DNA of 64,000 bases from Octopus bimaculoides (taxonomy: Eukaryota). Below, piece after piece: positions 40,442 through 53,824 of this stretch. Position numbers and translations under genes: made by a program. Below the pieces are notes generated by a model. That model had not been told where the DNA came from. It was given only the letters and a program-made list of their open reading frames with translations, and ran no database searches. The DNA lies in contig NC_068999.1 in the NCBI RefSeq assembly GCF_001194135.2, forward strand, positions 52,429,344 through 52,493,343, in the 5' to 3' direction. The stretch's first letter is position 1. The number at the start of each line of letters is the position of its first letter.

Positions 40442-43140
40442 CTATAATAATATGATTCTCACCATTCATAACTCTTGATTTCTGTCTGACAATGAACAAA
40501 AGACAGAGATTTTTCATTCTTGCTATAAGATTGAGATTAGTTCATATTTATCTCTTGTTGAGTTATTTTCCCTATCTTTGCTGTTATTACATATCTTGTA
40601 CCATGGCTTTGTCCTCCTCTGTTATATGTCTTTGTTGTGTTGTTGTCGTTATCGTCATCTTCATTTTCTTCTTCCTCCTCCTTCTCCTCCTCCTCTTCAT
40701 ACTTTCCCTCCTCCTCACATCCCTTTCACTATCATCATCAGCTGCTGTATCACTGTAGTTTTTGTCACAGTCATTGCCATCATCAATACCACTCTTTTCA
40801 GTTACCTCCCCCTACAACGATTACCACCACCACTTACACCAATGTAATAACCATTAACTCCACCTACCTTACTACAGCCATCACTTGCACTGTAATCATT
40901 ATCACTGTCTCCACCTCTCCTGCCATACCCATCAGATATTCCACCATCCCAACAGCACTAACTCCTCCTCCACCATAATCACATAATCATCACTTGCTCA
41001 ACCCCTCTCATCACCACTAACTCCCCCTCCTCAACCATAATCATCAGATGCTCCAACACCCAACAACATTAACTCCTCTTCCTACTCCTCCTCTACAATG
41101 ATCATATTTTGCTCCACCTATCTTAACACACTAACTCCTCCTTCTCTACCGCAATAGTTAACTGTTGTATTAGTATCACTGGTAAAGAAATTTACTTCCC
41201 AACCACATGGTTTTGGGTTCAGTTCCACTATGTGGCACCATGGGCAAGAATCGTTTTCTTCCGTGAGGCCTAAACAATCATTAAATGTAGAACATATTTT
41301 ATTCATTTCACATAATTTAAACTAAACATGGAGGCAGAAACAAGAAGAAACATGTATCAGCTAAATCAGTGGAAATCCAAAATCCATGTTTTCTTGACAT
41401 TTCACGACATTAACCACTAATACAAATTCAGCTGACAAACAAGGAGGTTCTTTTGTCTCTGATTCCCGAAACAACCACAACCGTCACCATTAACTTTACC
41501 TCCCTTACCACAATCCTCACTAATTCCAGTTCCTCTGTCATAATCCTCCCTAACTCCACCTCTGTCATAATGATCGTCACTAACCCTAACCCTAACCCTA
41601 ATCATCACCACTTACTCCACCTCCTCTTTTACAATCACTACCACTGCGCCTATTGTAACTTTGTAAGAAACATCACTAATTGTTTTCATAAATTGATAAA
41701 CTGCATTTTCTAATTGGAATCAGTTATTTTTTACTAACTTTTTAGTAACACAAGCCAAAGCAAAAATAAGATTTTCTGGTTTGTAGCAACATTTGGTGTC
41801 ATGGAACTCTTGCACCACCTCCATGCTCATTTTGATTGAGTTAATGATTGCCATCTGCAAGAAAAAGTTCCTCCATGTAGAATGGATCTTTTATTACGTC
41901 TGTCTTGTCAATCTTTGGGGGTAACACATTTAACATTTTCTCTGCAAAGATTATGAAGCATTTGCATAACCACTGGAATATATTTATCAATAAAGAATGA
42001 GAAATAATCTTAGGAGGGTCATTTTGCCAACAAAAAAAAACACACACACAAACACATACAGAGGTTCCATTTCACTTCCTTTTGCCAACTAGTTAATTAA
42101 TTAACAATTAAATAAGTAATTGTTTGACTAATCATTTGATCAATTAATCAATCAATCAATTCATTTATCAGAGTTCTTTTGGCACCATTTACGATCTCAA
42201 CAATAACATTCTCACATTGCTCCAAGACTGTTACAATATATCCAAATTCAGACATGATATATCATAACAGACTTGATCAAGCAATCTATTAGTTAATTGG
42301 TTAATTAATTAACAGACTAATTAATAATAGTAAAAACAAATGAAATAGAACCAGTGTGTGACTTTATTGGCAAGGCTGTGTGGTTTAGGAGCTCACTTCA
42401 CAATCCCTTGGTTTAAGGTTCAGTCCCACAGCTCAGCACCTTAGGGAAATGCTTTCTGCTATAGTTCTAGGCTGACCGAACGCGAGGAAATGCAACTCTC
42501 AAAGCTAGCCCTCTAAAAACAGACTAAACTATAGTCTGTAAAAATGTGTTTATTATGGTAGTTTGACCTTAGAGTCCCTCTTAGCATGAGGCATTCATGT
42601 ATAGTAATGCCCTTATATAAATAAATATATTTTGGGGAATAAATGATGGATTTTTCCCTTATGAGGTTTTTTCACGCTAGCTACTTGATGAATTCTTGTA
42701 AAAGAATTCATCCTATTATTGAATTATATATATATATATATATATATATGCCTTAGGACTTTTTAAATTGTCATCTATTTCTTGTAACTTAAAAAAAATC
42801 CTTATTGAAAAAATATTCTTAGCCATCTTTTTTCCACAAATATAACTCCTTCCTAAAAGGCTTGCTGGTGTTCATCATCATCATCATCAACAAGATAGCA
42901 AACTGGCAGAATTGTTAACACACCAGACTGAATGCTCAGCAGCGTTTCTTTTCGAATTTACATTCTGAGTTCAAACTCTATGGAGGTCGACTTTGCCTTT
43001 TATCCTTTCACTATCGGTAAAATAAGTACCAGTTGAGTGCTGGGGGTCACTGTAATCGACTGACCCACTTCCCTGCAATTTCTGGCCTTGTACCAAAATT
43101 AGAATTATTATCTCTGTTCCTATTGTTGTTGCTGCTATTA

Positions 43141-43193
<53 letters not shown>

Positions 43194-43576
43194 TCGGTTT
43201 GGCTCAGGTTCAGTCTTATTCCTGATAGGAATTATGTGGGTAGCAAATTACTACCTGTAACCTTAGGTATTCACAAGTTTTCAGTAGTCTTTCTAGTGTT
43301 TAGAACCCTCCTGATAATCTTTGCTGTCCATAAGAGACAAACTTTCTGTAGGAACTCTACCGGGCATTTTATTTCAATCTCTATCAGCCATTTGTCTATA
43401 TCTTGGCTTACTGTTCCCAATGCATCACTTATTATAGACACGACCTTTGCTGTTCGCATGCTCCAAATTCTTCCTATTTCAAATTTTAAGGGATTGTATT
43501 TTGTTGCTTTTCTTCCTCTTTCTTTACGATCCTAGAATCAAACAGGCATGATGGGTCAATAAGTAAGCAACTTCAC

Positions 43577-43612
<36 letters not shown>

Positions 43613-45324
43613 TATTATTATTATTATTATTATTATTGTTCATGGTGTACAGAAAGCAATAAAGAAATTTACTGCTTATTATAAAACAAAAAAATTATAT
43701 ATCTCCAAAAGAGGAGTGTTATCCGCCGCCATCAACACAGAATACTCACCCCTCGACTGACCAATCGACCTCCACCAACAAAAAAAAAAAAAAAAAAAAT
43801 GAGAAGAAAAGAAAAACAAATAAATGAAAAACAGATAAACGAAAAGAAAAAAATTCAATGAATAAATCTTCAAACAAAAAGCTAAATGTACAAAGGGAAA
43901 AAAAGTATTGAATATATTATAAATATAAACATATAAATAAATAAATACATATATATTACAAATATCTAATACAAAAACAATCGACATATTAAAGAATAAA
44001 AGCTAAGCTAATGTTGATGTGTTTATGTTTTGTTTTGTTGTATTTTTTCAAAAGAAACAGTCAGAGACTCAGTGTCCCTGGATATATTTCATTTTAGAGA
44101 TTTTTCTTTTGTTTTTATGTGTGTGTCTGTTTTCTTTCCTTTCTTACCCAAACACTATTTTTCCATCACCCACAAAGAATACTAGAGAAACCAAGAGTTC
44201 AGCAATAACGTTCGTATTGTACCAGATATTGAGGGAGATTATGTTATTTATTTTTTGTCTTTTTTTTCTTTCAGTCATTGGACTGTGACCATCCTGGGGA
44301 ACCATCATCTTGAAGGGTTTCTTTTTTTTTTTTTGTCTTTTTTTTTTTAGTAGAACAAATTGCTTCCCCCAACCCATTTGTAAGTCTGGTGCTTATTCTA
44401 ACAGGCTCTTTTGCCAAACAGCAAGTTATGGAACATAAACAAACCAACACTGGTTGTCAAGCAATAGTGACAGTGGTGGGGAACAAACACAAAAATACAC
44501 ACACACAAACACAGACATACACACATATACACACACATTATGATATATACACACACATTTATGATATATACGCACACATTTATGATATATACATATGCAA
44601 TGGGCTTTCAGACCGTTTCCATTTGCCAAGTTCACTCACAAGGCATTGGTTCCTTCTGGAGTTATTTATTGTACAAGACACTTTCCCAACTTGCTGTGCA
44701 GTGGGACTGAACCTAAAACCACGTGGTTGCAAAGCGAGCTTCTTAACCACAGAACCATGCCTGCTGTTGTTGTAATGGTGGTGGTGGTGGTGGTAGCAAC
44801 AGTTCTGGTGATATTGGTATTGGCAGTGCTTATGAGGGTGGTAGTGATAGGAGTTAAATCTGTAGTAGTGAAGGTGATGGTTACAGTAACAGTGGTAATT
44901 GAAGTGGTGGTAGTGGTGAGGGTGTAGTGCTTGTGTAGGGATAGTGGTAGTAGTAGTAGTAATGAGTGATTGTTGTAGTAGTGGTGATGGTTTTGTTGGT
45001 AGTAAAGTTGTTTACTATGGAAACAGGCACTTATATGTCTGTGACTTTCAATTGGCTAAAATTACTCAAAATTTGCAAACTTTGAAAGCTATTAACTCTT
45101 TATTTATTGATTTATGGTGAAAATGAATTTGATGTCAATGATTGCCATACAAAACAACATCAACACATCAAATATGAAATCAATTGGAACAAAAATTGAA
45201 GAAATTGAAAAGTGGCTGCCAAACAGTAAGGATCCAGTCAAAAGTTACACTTCTTCAGATCATATCAGTGATGTTGAGTGAGGACTGGTTTTGTGTGTGT
45301 CGAGGGAGAGAGAGAGAGAGAGAG

Positions 45325-45365
<41 letters not shown>

Positions 45366-48351
45366 CTTATTACTTGTATTATGTATTTATCAAGCAAGGT
45401 TTCTTCCAACATCTCATTATCGTCAATGCCACCATTCCAATTATTTCACTGCCACCATATTTCAGTATAATAACCAGCATCAACATTACCACCACCAACC
45501 ACTACTACTACTACTGTTGCCACTGCACATCTCTACCGTAACTATAATTACCATCATCTGTCTCATAATTATCTCTCTGCTTCATTCTTCACATTCTCAC
45601 AACCACCACCACCACCACCACCACCACCACCACCATCACTGCCATCAACATCGCAATTATTATCAGAATTCATTTCCAACCCCAATACTTGCTGCTACTA
45701 CTACCACTCTTACCACCCTAGCCCATCACTATTAAAATGACCACTAACAACACCCCCCACCATCGCCTTTGTTGTTGTTGTTGTTGTTATTACCATCATC
45801 ATCAGCTGTTGTTTTCCTATTAAATCACAAGATGTTTATGACCAACCCAATCCAACTATCTTTGCCTTTACTTATACTCAATATATTCATTTTTTTAATC
45901 ATTTTTATTTGGTCAGTAACTTTACCTACTCAATCGATATCACTATCAACACTACCACCAACACCAACTCCATTATCATTACCGCCACCACTGTTACCAC
46001 CACTACCAATACTACCATTACTGCCGCCACCACACCACCACCATCACTACTATTACTACTACAACTACCACCACCACCACCACTGCCACCACACCTACAA
46101 TATCATCATCACCACCAGCAACATCATCACCAGCAACCTCACCATCACCACCATCACCACCGTCTCTGCACCACCATCATCATTACTGCCACTACTCTAC
46201 CAGTACCTTATCATCACAACCACCACCGCTGCCACTGCCCTGTAATGCAACCTCACCACCATTTTCATCATCATGACCACCACCACCACCACCACCACCA
46301 CCACCACCACCACAGTCACCACCTCTATCACCATTGACTCAACCAGGATTTTCTTTCATCTACCTCTGTCTCATGTCATACTCCTTCCTATGAAATCCTG
46401 TGAAATGATATGCTTTTCTTGCAATTATCAATCATCAAATATACATTCTGTGAAAACAGTGAATTGATAATTAACAGTAAAATGTTAGAACTAAATGCCT
46501 TTTAGCAGGGACGGGCAACTTTTCATCAACTGGGGTCCCCCTACATCGTACCATTTCCAAGTGGGAGAGGGTCGCATGATAAAACATATGCATGAAATAT
46601 CACTTGCTCACTTTACATTGAATTTTTTGCATTGAATTTTATTTGTCTTAGTCTGAAATTAGTAACCTAGACACTTGTTGAGGGCCACATAACAACATGT
46701 CAAGAGCTGCAGGTTGCCTATGCATGCCTTTTAGCATTCCTGTTTTGTCCACTTACACTTATGTTCACTCAGTCATTCATTCATGCTACTTTTTGATTAA
46801 TAAAACCAGTACCAGTAATACACTGTGACTAATTCAAGTTAGTTTACCCCTTCTCTGCATAAATTAGACTTGGTCTCAGTTTAACCTTTTAGCTATCAAC
46901 CTGCCTAAAAGAGCAGTCTTGTTCTATGATGTAGACTTCTTCTTGAATTGATTTAAATTAAGACTTTCTATCAAAATGCCATGTTAATTTATGTCCCAAA
47001 CATCAGCTTAATAACAGCAAATTTATTTTGCTAATTCTTCATTATTTTTCAAAATTAATTGAAACAAAACTATTCTATTACAACAGAAATAATGTAGCAA
47101 AAATGTTCAACAAAAAAGCCCTTTAGGGATCAGGGATGTTCAGTTATAGTAGTAGTAGTGGTGGTGGTGGTGGTGGTGGTGGTGGTGGTATATATGCACG
47201 AGCATAATAGATATTTATTTGATTCATATAGAGTTGTTTCATAATCTTGTTAGTAATATAACGGATATTACAGCAACATTCTCACGTATATAAAACATAC
47301 ATATAAATATATGTATCTGTTAGTTTACTTCTGAGCACACTTGTATATATTGTGTGTACACATGCATATATAACTAACAAGATTATGAGACAGCTGTAAA
47401 CGAATGGAATAAACATCTATTCTCTCACTTCACTTCACAATTTTGTTCTATTTGTGTGTGTGAGTGTGTGTGTGTGTGTTGGTACTAGTTTGATTGATAA
47501 GTGCAAATGCACGAAACTGTTGGCCCTTGAGTCACACTGTTACTTCTGCCAGATATTAATAATATTTAGATATGTATGTATACTTTGGAAGCTGATCTTA
47601 AAACACTGAACTTTACGAAGGAGATCACAGAGGACCAAGATATGTGGTGCATTGCTGAACTCAAGATGACCAACCGACAACAACAGAATTGAGATCTTAA
47701 AAGCAAGATGTCACTTAAAAAGTATTGGTGTAGTTGCTGGTGCCACATAAAAAGCAACCCAATATAGTGGTTGGCATTAGGAAGGGCATCCAGATGTAGC
47801 AACCAAGCCAAAACAGATTATGGAATCTGGTGCATCCCCAGCCCTTGCCAGTTCCTATCAAACTATCCAACACATGCCAGCATGGAAAATGGACATTAAA
47901 TGCTGTTGATGATGATGGTGGTGGTGGTGGTGACGAGGATGATATATCCATAGAGAATGTCAGCACATTTGTATAGAATGCTCTAAACTTTAATCCACCT
48001 ACTTAACTTACCCATAGAGCTAGCAGTATTATGAACACAAACCAAAATGTTGGGGAATATTATTAATAAATTAGAATTGTGGGTTAGTTATATAGCTTTA
48101 TCCACAATGGGAACAACAATATCTTTTTGTTTTGTTTTTTTTAAAATTTTTATATCATTATTTGTTAATGTTCTCATGTATGAATAATATCACTTTAACA
48201 ATCGTGATGTACCATAAAAATAAGAAAAACAAAACAATTGCGACTGTTTTTCTGTTATGTCCTTCATTTCAAAAGAACTTCTGACACATTTTATTATAGC
48301 AATAAAAAGGACTAAATAGTCCCAAAATTCAGCAGCTCTTCTTCCTTTCCA

Positions 48352-48427
<76 letters not shown>

Positions 48428-49637
48428 NNNNNNNNNNNNNNNNNNNNNNNNNNNNNNNNNNNNNNNNNNNNNNNNNNNNNNNNNNNNNNNNNNNNNNNNN
48501 NNNNNNNNNNNNNNNNNNNNNNNNNNNNNNNNNNNNNNNNNNNNNNNNNNNNNNNNNNNNNNNNNNNNNNNNNNNNNNNNNNNNNNNNNNNNNNNNNNNN
48601 NNNNNNNNNNNNNNNNNNNNNNNNNNNNNNNNNNNNNNNNNNNNNNNNNNNNNNNNNNNNNNNNNNNNNNNNNNNNNNNNNNNNNNNNNNNNNNNNNNNN
48701 NNNNNNNNNNNNNNNNNNNNNNNNNNNNNNNNNNNNNNNNNNNNNNNNNNNNNNNNNNNNNNNNNNNNNNNNNNNNNNNNNNNNNNNNNNNNNNNNNNNN
48801 NNNNNNNNNNNNNNNNNNNNNNNNNNNNNNNNNNNNNNNNNNNNNNNNNNNNNNNNNNNNNNNNNNNNNNNNNNNNNNNNNNNNNNNNNNNNNNNNNNNN
48901 NNNNNNNNNNNNNNNNNNNNNNNNNNNNNNNNNNNNNNNNNNNNNNNNNNNNNNNNNNNNNNNNNNNNNNNNNNNNNNNNNNNNNNNNNNNNNNNNNNNN
49001 NNNNNNNNNNNNNNNNNNNNNNNNNNNNNNNNNNNNNNNNNNNNNNNNNNNNNNNNNNNNNNNNNNNNNNNNNNNNNNNNNNNNNNNNNNNNNNNNNNNN
49101 NNNNNNNNNNNNNNNNNNNNNNNNNNNNNNNNNNNNATATATATACATACATATGTATATACATATGTATATGTGTATTTATGTACATGTATGTGTGTGT
49201 CTATGTTTATTCATATATATATATGTGTATATATAAATGTGTGTGCGCATATATACACACATACACACACAAACATATTCATACACATACGCACACACAC
49301 ATACACACGCACACACACACACGCACAAGCATCAAATTCTATTTGATAATCTTCCATAAAGATATTCAAAGTGTTGCATGGTTTACATTATAAACAATAC
49401 TCAAGGGAGGGGAATGGGATGTGGTGGGGGGTGGGGGTGGCGAGAGGATTTTCAGAAGATAGAGGGGAGTAGACATGCAAGGATAAATAAAAACAACATT
49501 GCTTTCAGAGAGCAGCAATAAAATTTACACACAACACAAGACATGAGTATTGACAGGCTGTTTGTGAATGCTCATAAAAAAAAAATATATAGACCCATAA
49601 TTCACCATACAACAATATACTATCAGCGATAGATTTT

Positions 49638-49674
<37 letters not shown>

Positions 49675-50993
49675 TAATAATAATAAGGCCTCGTTTTCTT
49701 TATGTTACATCATAAGAAAATTTTATTATATATATTATATATACATATATACACACACACACACTTTGGTGATGGATATCAAAAACTAAGAATGAAAATT
49801 TAGGACCTCGTTTCATAAAATTCAAGAAAGCGTACGATGTGAGACTTGTGTCTTTATGACTCTCTGCCAGTGCATCTCTTGCGTAGTAAGGTCAGACATA
49901 ACTATTTTGGCAACTAGCACAAGAAATATTGTCTTCTTGGACACTGAAACCAAGCAGAATGTCTTCTTTGCAATATTTCTTAGATATTTACCACCAAACC
50001 TAGCTAAACTAATACACACACACACATGTCTTGTGTGCTTCAGTTGATTGAATTGATAAGATTGCCGTTTACCAGCCATCGAGTTGGCATACTGATCCCA
50101 TCACGTTTTGCAGACATAAATGTATTCCTGGCTAATTCCCATTACTCTATGGCTCAGTTCACCTTACTGTAAATATATACTTTAGATAAGTTTTGGTTTA
50201 TCTCTGAGAAAAATATAGACGCTTTAAAACTTACAACTGTTTTCTTAACATACTTTGCTGAGCTAATACACACACACACACGTGAGCATGTGTACACACA
50301 CACATGCACACACACACATATATATATGGCTGTGTGTTTAAAACAGTTTCTGTACCCACATGCATGAACATTGTTAGCTGGTGTCTTGTATATATATATA
50401 TATATATNNNNNNNNNNNNNNNNNNNNNNNNNNNNNNNNNNNNNNNNNNNNNNNNNNNNNNNNNNNATATACATATACATATACATATATAGTCAATTAA
50501 AAAACAGAGAAAAAGGAAAAGAAAAAACAAATGAACATATGGACGTAGTTTAAACTATGTATTAATAAGACACTCAGAGAAGGGAAAAGAGTAATAGTTT
50601 TACATTTCAAGCATAGCTCTTCTTTAGAAACAGGAAAACAGAAAAGTCCAAGATGAAGGAGGAAAAAAGTCGCCAACAAACAAGTGTGGTTACATTTTTG
50701 AAGTGATTGGAAATAGAAAGAATCAAGAGAAAGTGCTTTCTGGAACAGGAGAGTGTGAAAACGGTCAGTGTGTGTCTGTGTGGTAGCATGTGTGCATGTG
50801 ATGTGTGTGGTATTAACTGTGTGTTTGGGTGCGTAGTCTCTGGGGGGGGTGTATGAGTGTGTGTATGCGTGTGTGTATGTGTGTGTGTGTGTGAGCAAGT
50901 GCACATGTGTATGGATGCATATGTATGTTTCTCTGCATCACTCTGTCTCTCTCTCTTGCTGTATATATACGTGTATACACACACACATACACT

Positions 50994-51037
<44 letters not shown>

Positions 51038-51069
51038 CACATATGTATACACACACACACACACATAAT

Positions 51070-51158
<89 letters not shown>

Positions 51159-51515
51159 GAGAGAGAGAGAGAGCTTTTTATCATTCGCTCTCTTTTAATT
51201 ATTTTATACTCTCCGACTTATATTTAGCCTGTGATCTAGCTTTCTTTCTATTTACCTATTTGGCTGTATGATGACTATCTCTTCAACCATTCACTTTTCG
51301 ATCTCACAATTTAAATACAGAGAAATGAGTTAACAGAAATGTGCAATCAAGCAAACTTAAGCTTAAACAGTTTAGAAGGTTGCTGTATCTATTAACCTAT
51401 CTGACAAACAACACACCTACCTGTCTGTTTTCCAATTTATCAATCTATCTGTTTGTCTATCTCTCTCTCTATCTATCTATCTATCTATCTATCTCTATCT
51501 ATCTATGTATGTATG

Positions 51516-51552
<37 letters not shown>

Positions 51553-51642
51553 GTCTGCCGAGCTATCCATCTATCCCTCCATCCATTTATCTGTCTATCT
51601 ATCCATCATCTGCTCATATGTCCTGTCTATCTATCTATATAT

Positions 51643-51721
<79 letters not shown>

Positions 51722-52762
51722 GTTATTGTTGTTTAGCCATCATTAAACTGATTGAGTACACCTATAATTAAAGGCATTCCAACTATGACCATCTCATCTT
51801 TTTTCTGTAAAGTTTACCTTGGGCTACATTACCCAGTATATCCTTCCTTGTTTGTTTATTTTTAAAAGATTTGTAAAAGCATCGTGTATTTACAGAGAGA
51901 TATAACTGCTAATTCTCACTGGGTTGAACTATGTTATTTTAGGCATGCTCTCATTGGTAATTCTTGTAGAGTTTATACAATTGATACTCAGTTTGAGCAT
52001 CTGTTACTGAAACGTTTCTGCCTATTTGTCCATCTTTGTTTGTCACTCTCACTCTCATGTGTGTGTGTGTGTGTGTATCACTCTGTTTTTCTATGTATGT
52101 GTGCATGTATGTATGTGACATATATAAATAGATAGGTAGGTAGGTAGATAGATAGATATTCTTACACACATATACACACACAAATATATACTACGAACAC
52201 ACGTTCACACTCACACACACGTTCACACTCACACACACTCACACACACATACTCACACACACACACACATACTCACATAGATTCAGCTAAAAACACGAAC
52301 AACATGAAGGCAATCAATTTGAAATACTATTTATTTTCTGCCTGCCAAATTATTGTGAAACAGCAGATATCTTTCAGTTCTACTCAGATTCAGTAAATCG
52401 ACTCCTTTGATGTTTTCCATTGCGAACATCAATATTTCTCACACACAAGAGAAAAGAATGTATATAGGGGTGTATATGGGGGTCAGACTGTATATAATGG
52501 GTTTCGATGTAAGCATCTTTGCATTTTTGTGTTTGTATTTTCTTTTTACATTTTCTTGTTAAAGGTTTTGTTAGGGTTAGGGTTAGGGTGTGTGTTCATG
52601 TTACCAGATAGACATTTGTACACAAACACACACACACACACACACAATTCCATACATGCATCTCTCTCTCTCCCTCTCTCTTTCTTGCTCTCTCTCTCTC
52701 TCTTCTCTCCTTCTTGCTCTCTCTCTCTCCCTCTCTCTTTCTTGCTCTCTTTCTCTCTCTCT

Positions 52763-52807
<45 letters not shown>

Positions 52808-53681
52808 NNNNNNNNNNNNNNNNNNNNNNNNNNNNNNNNNNNNNNNNNNNNNNNNNNNNNNNNNNNNNNNNNNNNNNNNNNNNNNNNNNNNNNNNNNNNN
52901 NNNNNNNNNNNNNNNNNNNNNNNNNNNNNNNNNNNNNNNNNNNNNNNNNNNNNNNNNNNNNNNNNNNNNNNNNNNNNNNNNNNNNNNNNNNNNNNNNNNN
53001 NNNNNNNNNNNNNNNNNNNNNNNNNNNNNNNNNNNNNNNNNNNNNNNNNNNNNNNNNNNNNNNNNNNNNNNNNNNNNNNNNNNNNNNNNNNNNNNNNNNN
53101 NNNNNNNNNNNNNNNNNNNNNNNNNNNNNNNNNNNNNNNNNNNNNNNNNNNNNNNNNNNNNNNNNNNNNNNNNNNNNNNNNNNNNNNNNNNNNNNNNNNN
53201 NNNNNNNNNNNNNNNNNNNNNNNNNNNNNNNNNNNNNNNNNNNNNNNNNNNNNNNNNNNNNNNNNNNNNNNNNNNNNNNNNNTATATATATATATTATAT
53301 ATATATATATATTTATATATTTATGAATGTATGTATATATATGTGTGTGTGTGTTTGTGTATATACATGTATATGCATGTGTAATATATATATGAGCATA
53401 TATATATATATATGCACACTCTTATACACATAATCTTGTATTTGCATGATCAGACACACACATGCGCGCATGCACACACATACACACACTCATTTGTAGA
53501 ATTTCAGATATTCACATACTATGATCATATATGTACACATTTATTACCATACATACACACATGTATATTATTTTCCCAGTATGCATTATTCATTTTCATA
53601 ACATGTCTGTACCAGTGCAGTTATCCTTCTTAGATGCAGCTGTTGATGCTTTTGTACTCTGGATCTTTCTCATTTCTCCTT

Positions 53682-53728
<47 letters not shown>

Positions 53729-53776
53729 CATATATACACGCACACAGATACTTACATATGTCTGTCTATATGTGTG

Positions 53777-53824
<48 letters not shown>

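Noticed and set aside
49805-49850. FIKFKKAYD resembling the RT motif FIDFKKAYD
   Set aside because: Isolated match with no downstream QG or YADD motifs in any frame I could read.
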